64,000 bases of DNA from Phycisphaerae bacterium (GCA_026386805.1 JAPLMX010000171.1:8176-72175), one strand, 5' to 3'; shown: positions 9,675-18,105, numbered from the stretch's first letter. Notes: generated by a model from the letters alone, not told the origin. Translations and numbers: made by a program.

Positions 9675-11048
9675 CTATCCTCTCAGCAGCGTCAGTGCCA
9701 TCTGCGGAATCGAGTTGGCCTGGGCCAGCATCGCCGTACCGGCCTGTGCCAGCACCTGGTTGCGGGTCAGGACCGCCATTTCCGTCGCCACATCGACATC
9801 CGAAATCCGCGACTCGGCGGTACTTAGGTTCTCCGACTGAATGCCCAGCACCTCACCGGTGCTCTCCAGACGGTTGATCTTGTACCCGAACGCCGCACGG
9901 GCCGTGTCCTTGAGACCGATGGCGGCCGCCACGGCAGCTATCGCATCCTGGGCGGCCGACGCCGTGAGGAGGTTGATACCCGTACCGGCCTGCTCGCCCA
10001 TGGAACCTTCGGTGACGGGGGTGACGAGATCGTCGGGATCGATGTCCTCGGTCACGTCGAAAGCAAGGACGGCACCGGAGTCGTTCACGATACCGAGCGT
10101 TGACTCCCCCGTCGCGGCGCTGAGCATCGATGTCATCGTCACGGTGTCCGCACCCGCCAGCCTCGAGTTGAGCTGGAGGTAAAACTGGTTGGCCTCTCTG
10201 CCATTGGTTCCATCCCCTGCGACCACTTCGGCCATTTGGTAGTTTTTGGACACGCCGTCCGCGTCATTGTCCTGGTTCTGGCTTGCCACGTTGATGAGGT
10301 CGACAACCTCTTGCAGCGAGTAAGCCTGTGCGGCCCCGAGCGCGCCAGTATCCAACTCGATGGAAATGGCGTCCTCTAGCACGCCACCATCGGCGAATTG
10401 AATCGTGATCGTCTGAGTCCCGGCGGCGGCACTATCCTCTACGCTCACCCAGTCCTCGGTACTCGCATTGGACACTCCATAGCCGGATATGAGCTGGAAG
10501 CCGGCGCTGCCGGTCGTAATGCCCAGACCGCTCTGCGTCATGTCGCTCCGCGCGATCGAAATCTCGTCGTTCGTGCCGGTTCCAAAGCGGATCTTCACAT
10601 CGGCCGCGGCATCGACCGTGTCCGGGTCCGTCTTGTTGAGCATGGCAATGCCATTGAACTTGGTGGACTTCGAGATACGGTCCACTTCGGCGGCCATTTC
10701 CGAGAACTCGTTGTTCATAATGACGCGCTGGGCGGCGGAATAGGACCCCGTCGAGGCCTGCTCCGCCAACTGCTTCATGCGGACGAGGGCGTTGTCGATC
10801 GTGGCCATTGTTCCTTCCATCGTCTGGAGCATGCTGATGCCGTCCTGCGTATTCCGGACGCCCTGATCGAGGACGGAGATATCCGCCCGCATCAACTCGC
10901 GAACGGCCATGCCGGCCGCGTCATCTTTGGCGCTGTTGATCCGCAGACCGGACGACAGCCTTTCCACCGACTGGGCCAAAGCATCGTAGCTCTTGCCCAG
11001 ATAGCGGGCGGCGTTCGCGGCCATCATATTGTTCTTGATTGCTAACAT
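9675..11048 (-). CDS. fliC: Flagellin
   Basis: 457 aa. N-terminus MLAIKNNMMAANAARYLGKSYDALAQSVERLSSGLRINSAKDDAAGMAV and C-terminus LTRNQVLAQAGTAMLAQANSIPQMALTLLRG are the conserved flagellin D0/D1 segments. The centre is variable and T/S/A/D-rich. Confidence 0.97.
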   Translation of the reverse strand: MLAIKNNMMAANAARYLGKSYDALAQSVERLSSGLRINSAKDDAAGMAVRELMRADISVLDQGVRNTQDGISMLQTMEGTMATIDNALVRMKQLAEQASTGSYSAAQRVIMNNEFSEMAAEVDRISKSTKFNGIAMLNKTDPDTVDAAADVKIRFGTGTNDEISIARSDMTQSGLGITTGSAGFQLISGYGVSNASTEDWVSVEDSAAAGTQTITIQFADGGVLEDAISIELDTGALGAAQAYSLQEVVDLINVASQNQDNDADGVSKNYQMAEVVAGDGTNGREANQFYLQLNSRLAGADTVTMTSMLSAATGESTLGIVNDSGAVLAFDVTEDIDPDDLVTPVTEGSMGEQAGTGINLLTASAAQDAIAAVAAAIGLKDTARAAFGYKINRLESTGEVLGIQSENLSTAESRISDVDVATEMAVLTRNQVLAQAGTAMLAQANSIPQMALTLLRG

Positions 11049-11143
11049 GTGCTCAACTCCTTAAAAAAGACCCCAATACGGCCCCTTACGAAATCCTGTA
11101 TCTGACCAAGGGCACAAGGAACGCTCTTGGCCTGCTACGTTGA

Positions 11144-11170
11144 TTATCGAAGACAAGATGGGGAACTTAA
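11144..11170 (-). promoter_or_regulatory. Sigma-28 (FliA)-type promoter upstream of flagellin
   Basis: The minus strand reads TTAAGTTC-N11-TTCGATAA, against consensus TAAAGTTT-N11-GCCGATAA. The -10 element ends ~95 nt upstream of the fliC ATG (11048). An AAGGAG Shine-Dalgarno precedes the ATG. Confidence 0.65.
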
Positions 11171-11298
11171 GGGGTTTGCATATACCAAATAGCGATAAGA
11201 ACGGAGGGCCTTTAATGAGCCGCTTACCAGTAGTGATACCGCTCGCAGCCGAGATCCGCCCTTATGGCATGATCTGGAAAAAAGTACAAGGAGGCGAA

Positions 11299-11396
11299 GA
11301 AAGTGTGAAGTCTGATCGTTGATTGTTGATTGGGGAGAGTGGCCTCTTACTTCAGACTTCAAACATCCGACTTCCAACTTCAGAAGTCTCACTTTC
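11299..11396. repeat. Low-complexity hairpin element (family D), copy 2
   Basis: gaaagtgtgaagtctgatcgttgattgttgattgggg...cttcagaagtctcactttc, collinear with 9009-9113. Confidence 0.8.
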
Positions 11397-11447
11397 CCCG
11401 TCAAACTCTGATGCGGCTCCGCATCGATGACCGATACTATCTTATTG

Positions 11448-11628
11448 CTGGAGTTTTGCAAAATGGAGATTAGGCCTATATTCTTCCAGGAAATCTTATT
11501 CTTCGATTTCCTGGAAGAATCGGCGTCAGTTCTTCTCTGGCCCGTCGTTACGGTTTGGTAAGGAAAAATCGAGAAAAGAGATTTTTCCTTCCCAAAGTAG
11601 GCCTAATCTCCATTTTGCAGAACTCCAG
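11448..11628 (+). mobile_element. 181-bp MITE-like element, copy A1 (about 30-bp terminal inverted repeats, two internal hairpins)
   Basis: TIRs are ctggagttttgcaaaatggagattaggcct and aggcctaatctccattttgcagaactccag. Internal hairpins are attcttccaggaaatc/gatttcctggaagaat and ggaaaaatc/gatttttcc. About 95% identical (about 8 differences by hand) to the reverse complement of 14682-14862. No coding capacity. Confidence 0.85.
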
Positions 11629-11657
11629 GTCTTACAAATCACGGGACATAACCGCCT

Positions 11658-12695
11658 ATGGCGACCGACAAGACTCTGCTCGTTTTCAATTGTCACGAGC
11701 CCTGGATTCACCAGCTCGGCATCCTGGGCTACCGGCTCGACATCATTGTAAACTTGCGGGGCAAGTACAATAAAGGATGGGATGAGCGGATGCGGCCGCT
11801 GCCGGCCCACGCCCGCCTCGTCACCCTGCCGGAGGCGCTTGCGTCGCCGACGGAGTACTACTGCATCGTCGCGCACAATACCACGGACCTGCTCGACGTC
11901 CGATTCCGCCCGGAGCCACGGATGCTCGTGCTGCACCACACTCTGGAGGGCCGGCTGCAGGAGGAGCGATCCACCGTCGATCCGCAGAAGATGAGGGACA
12001 TGCTCCGCACCTATATCGACCTCGTGGGGGGGCACGTCGTCGCCACGTCCATGTTCAAAGGCGAGTCCTGGGGATTCACGGAGGATATCGTGCCGTTCGG
12101 CATCGATGCCGACGACTATCCGCTCTGTTCGGGCGAGCAGCCGAGAGGTCTGCGGATTTGCAACTTCATCAACAACCGCCGGCAGATCCTGCTCTGGGAT
12201 TTCCATGAGCGCGCGTTCGAGGGCGTCCCCGTGACGCTCGTCGGCCACAACCCGGACCTGCCCGGCGTCGAAGCCGCGAAGAACTGGGATCACCTCAAGA
12301 CAATTCTCCAGTCCCACCGGTTCTACATCCACACGGCGGACCCGCGCTTCGAGGCGGGCTACAACATGGCCATGGCAGAGGCGATGGCCGCCGGTCTGCC
12401 GGTCCTGGGGAACTGTCACCCGACCTCTCCGATCCGCCACGGCATCACCGGGTTCCTCAGCGACGACCCCGCGCAGTTGCAGCGCTATGCGCGAATGCTC
12501 CTGGCGGACAAGGAGCTCGCACTCCTGATGGGACGGCGAGCGCGACAAACGGTCGTGGAGCGATTCTCGCTCACACGATTCCGGCACGGATTTCTGCGTT
12601 CGATTGAGATTGCCCGGGGGAAATGGTATACGCGGAAAATCGATCCGGCGTCCCTGCGCGCGGAGTCGTTTCCGGTAGGCGCCGGGGCCCAATGA
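11658..12695 (+). CDS. Glycosyltransferase, GT4/Glycos_transf_1 type (candidate flagellin-modification enzyme)
   Basis: 345 aa. C-terminal EAGYNMAMAEAMAAGLPVLGNCHPTSPIRHGITGFLSDDPAQLQRYARMLLADKELALLMGRRARQTVVERFS fits the GT1 E-X7-E region. Lies next to fliC. Confidence 0.8.
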   Translation: MATDKTLLVFNCHEPWIHQLGILGYRLDIIVNLRGKYNKGWDERMRPLPAHARLVTLPEALASPTEYYCIVAHNTTDLLDVRFRPEPRMLVLHHTLEGRLQEERSTVDPQKMRDMLRTYIDLVGGHVVATSMFKGESWGFTEDIVPFGIDADDYPLCSGEQPRGLRICNFINNRRQILLWDFHERAFEGVPVTLVGHNPDLPGVEAAKNWDHLKTILQSHRFYIHTADPRFEAGYNMAMAEAMAAGLPVLGNCHPTSPIRHGITGFLSDDPAQLQRYARMLLADKELALLMGRRARQTVVERFSLTRFRHGFLRSIEIARGKWYTRKIDPASLRAESFPVGAGAQ

Positions 12696-12736
12696 CAGCA
12701 TGTCGCCCCTCCTGCCCCCACAGGGTAGGGCGTTTA

Positions 12737-12966
12737 TTGATCCTCAGGGATTCAAAGCGTGTGCCGGGTGGCATCGCCAAGCCTGCCCTGAGCCTGCCGA
12801 ATGGGACCTTTGGTCTTGACGATGGTTGTGTCGCGGCCATCTTGGCCGCGCCGTGTCGAGGGCGTCCCGCCCTCGAATCGCGGGCAGGATGCCCGCGACA
12901 CAAAGCCGCCATCGTCAAGGGGCAAGCCCTTGGCGATGCCACCCAGGAGTTGAATTCCTAAGGATC
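12737..12966. repeat. Nested ~230-bp palindromic element between convergent glycosyltransferase and fliK
   Basis: Outer arms ttgatcctcagggattcaa and ttgaattcctaaggatc. Perfect 16-bp arms gggtggcatcgccaag and cttggcgatgccaccc. Inner arms cttgacgatgg..gtgtcgcgg and cccgcgacac..ccatcgtcaag. Core hairpins cgagggcgtcccgccctcg and gcgggcaggatgcccgc. Confidence 0.85.
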
Positions 12967-12980
12967 GGTGAACACAGACC

Positions 12981-14663
12981 CTATAGAAGCATGTCGATCC
13001 GGCCGGGCGGGGCACTACTCTGCCGGTCGGCACCGGTCGGCTCCTCGGAAGGCGCAGTGTACCTCGTGGTCTCCTGCGACCACGCCGTGTGGGCGGCAGG
13101 GAAAGGCTCGCGGTGCTGTCCCGAGCCATGCTGCCCCGCCCCCACGTCCTGCTGCGGCAGCCCCCGGCCGAGATCCGGCCCAGCCGAGTCGCTGCTCGTC
13201 ACGTCGAATCGGCGAATGGGCACCCCCGCCTCCTGGAGGCCCCGAACCACGTCCGGAAGGGCCTGCTCGATCTCGCGGCGGACGTCGCTTCTGCCGACCT
13301 CGATCGTGCCTTCCAGGTGATCGCCTTGTTCCCGAAGCCGGACAGCGACCGTCCCCAGCTCCGGCGGCTGCAACCGAATGACGATTTGCCTGTCACCCGG
13401 GGTCGTAGAGGCCCGCACCGAGTCCAGGATCTGCTCGCCCACACTCCGGATGGGGTTCGCCGTCGCGCCGACCTCGGCGACCTTGGGCGTTGGAGCATCG
13501 AGAGAAAGACGCGGCGTAGCGACAACGGGCTGACCGGCTAAAGAAGCCGGCGGCTCCGCCGGCACGGTCGCGCCCTCCTGACGCTGCGAGGACGGAGTCT
13601 TCTTTTCCCCCGGTCCATCGACTTCCAACGGCCGGTTCCGGGCCGCCGGCGTGTCCTCACGTCTTGGGGTCGTCCGCTGCTGGCTTTCCGTGCGAGACGC
13701 CGCGGTCCCCCGCTGGGGTCCTTCGGGGGCCTGGACAGCCGCCTCCCGGCTCGCCAAGGGGGCCTTTGGGGAGGCCTGATCCGGGTTCGCGATTGTGACA
13801 GATGGCCGATCCGCCGGCACAGGCGCCGGTGTGAAAGGTGCTTTCGAGCCTGCGTTCGTCGGCGCCTCGTTGCCTCCCGCCCGCGTGCGTTGTGGCTTCT
13901 CGGCGGATTCTCCGGCCGTGACCCCCTGTCCCTTGTGCTCCGCCTTCCCCGGCTCGGTTTCGGTGCTCGCCGTCGCGTTCTCTTTGCCCTCTTTCTGCGG
14001 CGGTTGCAAAACCTGGCGACCCATGCCGGCCGGCACAGGCTGTGACACCTCGGCCGTTGCCTGGTCTGGGCGGGCTGCCGCCCTATTGCCGGTCGCGTGG
14101 GCGGCAACGTCCGATAGTCCTTCCTTGGGGGACGGTGTATTCCTGGAAGGTTGAGGGTGGACGGCACACCAACACCCGACCGGTCCGATCAGGGTCTCTT
14201 GCGGCGAAGACTCTTGCGCGACTGGATTCGGCGATTGCTTCTGCTCCCCGCCCTTCGTCCCTTGTTCGCCATCCTCTGTTATCTTGCGTTCTGCGTTCTT
14301 GGGGAATGACTTCGACGGGGAATCGGCGTTCACGATGTGACTCTTGGGCTGCACAAGCAGCACTGCCGGCTGGTCCGATAAACCAGTGCCTATCGCCGCC
14401 TGGCCACTGTCGGGCACAGACCGATTGCTGCGTTTGTGCGTTTCCGGGGTGCCTTGCTGAGATTCCGGCCCCACGTGGACGGTGGCCTTGTCTGCGGCCC
14501 CTTTATCGGGCTTTGTCTTCTCTTGGAGGCCAGCCAGCGCGGGGACGTCGGCAAAACGCTGCTGCGGCTTTGCCGTCGTTCGCCGCATCGGCCCTTTTTC
14601 ACGCACGCCATCACTGGATGACAACACGGCACTCGGATTTGCGGGAGCATTCATGTCCACCAT
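12981..14663 (-). CDS. fliK: Flagellar hook-length control protein FliK
   Basis: 560 aa. Long P/T/S/A/Q-rich N-terminal region, then the C-terminal Flg_hook pattern DRQIVIRLQPPELGTVAVRLREQGDHLEGTIEVGRSDVRREIEQALPDVVRGLQEAGV. Confidence 0.85.
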   Translation of the reverse strand: MVDMNAPANPSAVLSSSDGVREKGPMRRTTAKPQQRFADVPALAGLQEKTKPDKGAADKATVHVGPESQQGTPETHKRSNRSVPDSGQAAIGTGLSDQPAVLLVQPKSHIVNADSPSKSFPKNAERKITEDGEQGTKGGEQKQSPNPVAQESSPQETLIGPVGCWCAVHPQPSRNTPSPKEGLSDVAAHATGNRAAARPDQATAEVSQPVPAGMGRQVLQPPQKEGKENATASTETEPGKAEHKGQGVTAGESAEKPQRTRAGGNEAPTNAGSKAPFTPAPVPADRPSVTIANPDQASPKAPLASREAAVQAPEGPQRGTAASRTESQQRTTPRREDTPAARNRPLEVDGPGEKKTPSSQRQEGATVPAEPPASLAGQPVVATPRLSLDAPTPKVAEVGATANPIRSVGEQILDSVRASTTPGDRQIVIRLQPPELGTVAVRLREQGDHLEGTIEVGRSDVRREIEQALPDVVRGLQEAGVPIRRFDVTSSDSAGPDLGRGLPQQDVGAGQHGSGQHREPFPAAHTAWSQETTRYTAPSEEPTGADRQSSAPPGRIDMLL

Positions 14664-14681
14664 CCTTATAGACTATGATCA

Positions 14682-14862
14682 CTGGAGTTCTGCAAAATGG
14701 AGATTAGGCCTACTTTGGGAAGGAAAGATCTCTTTTCTCGATTTTCCTTTCCCAAACCGTGACGACGGGCCAGAGAAGAACTTACGCCGATTCTTCCAGG
14801 AGATCGAAGAATAAGATTTCCTGGAAGAATATAGGCCTAATCTCCATTTTGCAGAACTCCAG
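14682..14862 (-). mobile_element. 181-bp MITE-like element, copy A2 (reverse complement of A1), in the fliK leader
   Basis: Same TIRs and internal hairpins as 11448-11628. Lies between the sigma-54 promoter at 14873-14888 and the fliK start (14663). Confidence 0.85.
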
Positions 14863-14872
14863 TGATAACAGC

Positions 14873-14888
14873 AGCAATCCACGTGCCA
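14873..14888 (-). promoter_or_regulatory. Sigma-54 promoter (-24/-12) for fliK
   Basis: The minus strand reads TGGCACGTGGATTGCT, a perfect TGGCAC-N5-TTGC with correct GG-N10-GC spacing. Confidence 0.75.
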
Positions 14889-15107
14889 GCCGGACGACGC
14901 CTGCAACAGAACGCCCTAAGTCATTGATTCAAGAGCCTTTACCTCGATGTCGAAAGAGCGTGACAGCCGGGCGGGACCGATTCCAGGCCGGGTCTGCGGA
15001 GGAATGCTCTGAGCATAGGGAAGAACCCTCCGGGTGGGCGGCGCGCGATCGCGACCTCGGTCCATGTCAAATAACCGGCCGTGTGTATAGAAACCGGACA
15101 CCGTCAG

Positions 15108-15203
15108 AATTGATGAAGGATGATTGATGATCGATGATTGACGAAGGAGTCCGGACTTCTGCTTCAATCATCAATCTTCAATTATCAATCGTCAATAATC
15201 AAT
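15108..15203. repeat. Low-complexity hairpin element (family E: attgatga / tcatcaat words)
   Basis: aattgatgaaggatgattgatgatcgatgattgacg ... cttcaatcatcaatcttcaattatcaatcgtcaataatcaat. Ends 5 nt before the flgB sigma-54 promoter. Confidence 0.75.
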
Positions 15204-15208
15204 CCCTC

Positions 15209-15224
15209 TGGCACGCCCGTTGCT
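15209..15224 (+). promoter_or_regulatory. Sigma-54 promoter (-24/-12) for the flgB operon
   Basis: TGGCACGCCCGTTGCT on the plus strand, 50 nt upstream of the flgB ATG at 15274. Confidence 0.8.
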
Positions 15225-15273
15225 ACGATGGGGTTGGCACAGGCTGTTCGTACGAACTTGGAAGGGATGTGGT

Positions 15274-15636
15274 ATGCCACAACCGGTTGGTATCGTCGGT
15301 TTGCTTGAGTCGGGAATCAAGGCGGAAGAGCTTCGTCAAAGGACGATTGCCAGCAACATCGCCAACATCGAGACGCCGGGCTATCGCCGGCTGGACGTGC
15401 GCTTCGAGGAATTGCTGGCCAAGGCCATGAAGTCGCAGCGGGCAGCGGACCCCGACGACCTGGAGCCGGAGATCTTTCAGCCCAAGGCCACGCCGGTCAA
15501 GTCCAACGGCAACGACGTGAACATGGAAATGGAGATCGGGGAGATGCTCAAGAACTCCTTTCGCCAAACGGCCTTCGTGCGGCTCCTGCGAAAGAAGTTC
15601 GCCCAGGCGGAGGAGGCGGTGAACACGGGAGCGTAG
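15274..15636 (+). CDS. flgB: Flagellar basal-body rod protein FlgB
   Basis: Internal ATG preceded by GGAAGGGA. LRQRTIASNIANIETPGYRRLDVRFEELL and NGNDVNMEMEIGEMLKNSFRQTAFVRLL are typical FlgB segments. Confidence 0.9.
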   Translation: MPQPVGIVGLLESGIKAEELRQRTIASNIANIETPGYRRLDVRFEELLAKAMKSQRAADPDDLEPEIFQPKATPVKSNGNDVNMEMEIGEMLKNSFRQTAFVRLLRKKFAQAEEAVNTGA

Positions 15637-15709
15637 GCAGGGAAAGCTCGCCCAGGTCGCCGTGCAAGGGCGGGCGACCTATGGCACCTGGCGGAAAGGA
15701 TTTCGTTCA

Positions 15710-16114
15710 ATGACAGTTCACAGTGTACTCGGCCCGGTCGATATCGCCGTCTCCGGGATGCGGGCCCAGAACCAGCACATGGAGGTGATTTCCTCGAACA
15801 TTGCCAACGCCCGCACGGCGGACTCCGGGCAGGGCCAACCGTACCACCGGCTCGAGGCGATCTTCCGAGCCCAGACGGAAGGCGTCAGCGGCGTCGAGGT
15901 CAGCCAGATCGTCCCGGACACAAGCGCGCTGCAGCGAATCTACGACCCCGGGAACCCCAAGGCGGACAAATCCGGCTACATCATGATGCCCAACGTGCAC
16001 CTGCCGGTGGAAATGATGAACCTTACCGTGGCCAGCCGGTCCTACCAGGCCAATGCGGCCATCCTCAAACGTTACCAGAAGATGATGGATACCACGCTGG
16101 AGCTGCTGCGCTGA
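15710..16114 (+). CDS. flgC: Flagellar basal-body rod protein FlgC
   Basis: Starts at MTVHS after GGAAAGGA. VSGMRAQNQHMEVISSNIANARTA ... YIMMPNVHLPVEMMNLTVASRSYQANAAILKRYQKMMDTTLELLR. Confidence 0.92.
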   Translation: MTVHSVLGPVDIAVSGMRAQNQHMEVISSNIANARTADSGQGQPYHRLEAIFRAQTEGVSGVEVSQIVPDTSALQRIYDPGNPKADKSGYIMMPNVHLPVEMMNLTVASRSYQANAAILKRYQKMMDTTLELLR

Positions 16115-16158
16115 TTGCCGCGCTACGCTCGCCATGACATCCTGAGGGGAATTGAAAA

Positions 16159-16473
16159 ATGGTCAACTTCGATCCCAACGTCCGTTCGATGCTGCCCAAC
16201 ATCCAGTCGCCGACGCCGAATGCCGAGAGCACCGGCGCCGCCAAACCGGGCTTTCTCAACGCCGTCGAGGCGGCGGGCAAGTACGTGTCCAGGGTCAACG
16301 ACCTGCAGGAAGCGTCGGACGCGTCGATCCAGGACCTGCTGACGGGCAAGAACAACGATATCACCGCCGTCGTCTCGGCCGTCGCCAAGGCCGACGTCAG
16401 CTTCAAGGTCCTCGTGGGCGTTCGGAACAAACTGATTGAGGCGTATAAGCAAACGATGAACATGCCGTTATAG
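16159..16473 (+). CDS. fliE: Flagellar hook-basal body complex protein FliE
   Basis: 104 aa with LTGKNNDITAVVSAVAKADVSFKVLVGVRNKLIEAYKQTMNMPL, the FliE C-terminal pattern. Confidence 0.88.
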   Translation: MVNFDPNVRSMLPNIQSPTPNAESTGAAKPGFLNAVEAAGKYVSRVNDLQEASDASIQDLLTGKNNDITAVVSAVAKADVSFKVLVGVRNKLIEAYKQTMNMPL

Positions 16474-16507
16474 GAAAGTGAGATTGTTGATGGAAGATTC
16501 TTGATTC

Positions 16508-18034
16508 ATGAATCAACCCTCAACCATCGAACATCAAACTTCCATGGAGTTCCTGCACAAAGTCGTCTTGGTCTGGCAGAAGATCAGCCTGGTACAGCGG
16601 GCGCTGCTGGCAGCCGTCCTCCTGGCCACCGTTGCCATCGGCGCGCTGCTGATCCTCTGGGCCCGCACGCCGGACATGAGGCTGCTGTACCAGGATCTGC
16701 CGCCGGCCGAGGCATCCAAAATCACCGAGAAAATCAGCACCAAAGGCATCGCCTACGAACTGCGGGACGGCGGCACCGCGGTCTACGTCCCCAAGGAGCA
16801 AGTCTATCAACTCCGGCTCGACCTCGCCAAAGAGGGTCTGCCGGCCGGAGGGCAAGACGGGTACAAGCTCTTCGACGACGAAAAGATCGGTGTCAGCCCC
16901 TTCGTCCAGAATATCAATCTCAAGCGCGCCCTCGAAGAGGAGCTGGCCAAGAGCATCCAGATGATCGACGGCGTCGCTCACGCGCGCGTGCACATCGTCA
17001 GTCCCGAGCAGAAGCTGTTTGCTTCGGAGCAGGAGCAGACGACGGCCTCGGTCGTCCTGCGGCTCAAGCCCGGCTTCCGGCTCGCCGGCACCAACATCGC
17101 CGCGATCACTCACCTGGTCTCCGGCAGCGTCAAGGGGCTCAAATCGGAGAGTGTCACGGTCATCGACAGCGAGGGGCACCTGCTCTCGGGCAACGCCGAT
17201 GGCGCGATGGCGAGCGGGGCCGGCACGGTCCACGACTACCGGGAACGCGTCGAGCAGGACCTGGCCCGCAAGGCCGAGGATATGCTGACCACCGTCCTGG
17301 GTCCGGGCCGGGCCACCGTCCGGGTCAGTGCCGTGGTGGACATGAACAGCGTCAGCACGATCACGGAGACCTACGACCCGATGGGCAAGGTCCCCATCCG
17401 AGAAGAAACCACGAACAACTCGACGACCGAGGCCAGCGCCGCAGGCCAGAAAACGGCCGCAGGCCCCACCAAGAAAGATGAGACCACGACGACCGAGTAC
17501 CAGGTCGGCAAGACCGTCAAACAACAAACGATCCTGCCCGGCGCGATCAAGTCCCTATCGGTGGCCGTATTCGTCGATCTGGCGGCCGACGCCAACACTC
17601 CGGCCTCGGGCGGCCAGCCGGCCCTCCTCATGCAAATCACGGACGTCGAACTGATCATCCGTAATGCGCTGGGCCTCAAGGAAAGCGACGCTCTCAAGGT
17701 TGTCAATGCCAAGTTTCACCGATCGGCCGAGGCGGCCGCCGAGCAGGAGCCTGCCGACTGGTCCCGGTATATCGCGCTGGCGCGCCACCTCTCCCTGGGC
17801 ATCATGGCCATCTGCGCCTTGATCGTTCTGAGGATCTTCAGCCGCGCGCGAGGCAAGACCCTGGCGCCGGCGCAAGGGCAGGCGACCTCAGAGGCCGGTC
17901 CCGGCGGCCTGCTGCCGCCCGGAGAACTGGTCGCGGAACCGGCGATAGTCCGCCAGCAGATCGCCCATGCCTTGAGGCAGAACCCGGAACAAGTCCGGCA
18001 GATGTTCCGCACTTGGATCCAAGAAAAGGAATAG
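16508..18034 (+). CDS. fliF: Flagellar MS-ring protein FliF
   Basis: 508 aa. N-terminal TM LLAAVLLATVAIGALLILW, then LLYQDLPPAEASKITEKISTKGIAYEL and VYVPKEQVYQLRLDLAKEGLP. C-terminal TM LSLGIMAICALIVLRIF. Confidence 0.93.
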   Translation: MNQPSTIEHQTSMEFLHKVVLVWQKISLVQRALLAAVLLATVAIGALLILWARTPDMRLLYQDLPPAEASKITEKISTKGIAYELRDGGTAVYVPKEQVYQLRLDLAKEGLPAGGQDGYKLFDDEKIGVSPFVQNINLKRALEEELAKSIQMIDGVAHARVHIVSPEQKLFASEQEQTTASVVLRLKPGFRLAGTNIAAITHLVSGSVKGLKSESVTVIDSEGHLLSGNADGAMASGAGTVHDYRERVEQDLARKAEDMLTTVLGPGRATVRVSAVVDMNSVSTITETYDPMGKVPIREETTNNSTTEASAAGQKTAAGPTKKDETTTTEYQVGKTVKQQTILPGAIKSLSVAVFVDLAADANTPASGGQPALLMQITDVELIIRNALGLKESDALKVVNAKFHRSAEAAAEQEPADWSRYIALARHLSLGIMAICALIVLRIFSRARGKTLAPAQGQATSEAGPGGLLPPGELVAEPAIVRQQIAHALRQNPEQVRQMFRTWIQEKE

Positions 18035-18105
18035 CATGGGCCTCTCGCCCATGAAGACACGGGCAGGATGAGTTCCCCAACGTGATCGATCACGTTGGGG
18101 GTCCC

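Noticed and set aside
11526-12701. 391-aa minus-strand ORF opposite the glycosyltransferase
   Set aside because: Antisense shadow. It begins inside the MITE, has Arg-rich low-information sequence, and the plus frame has clear GT1 motifs.
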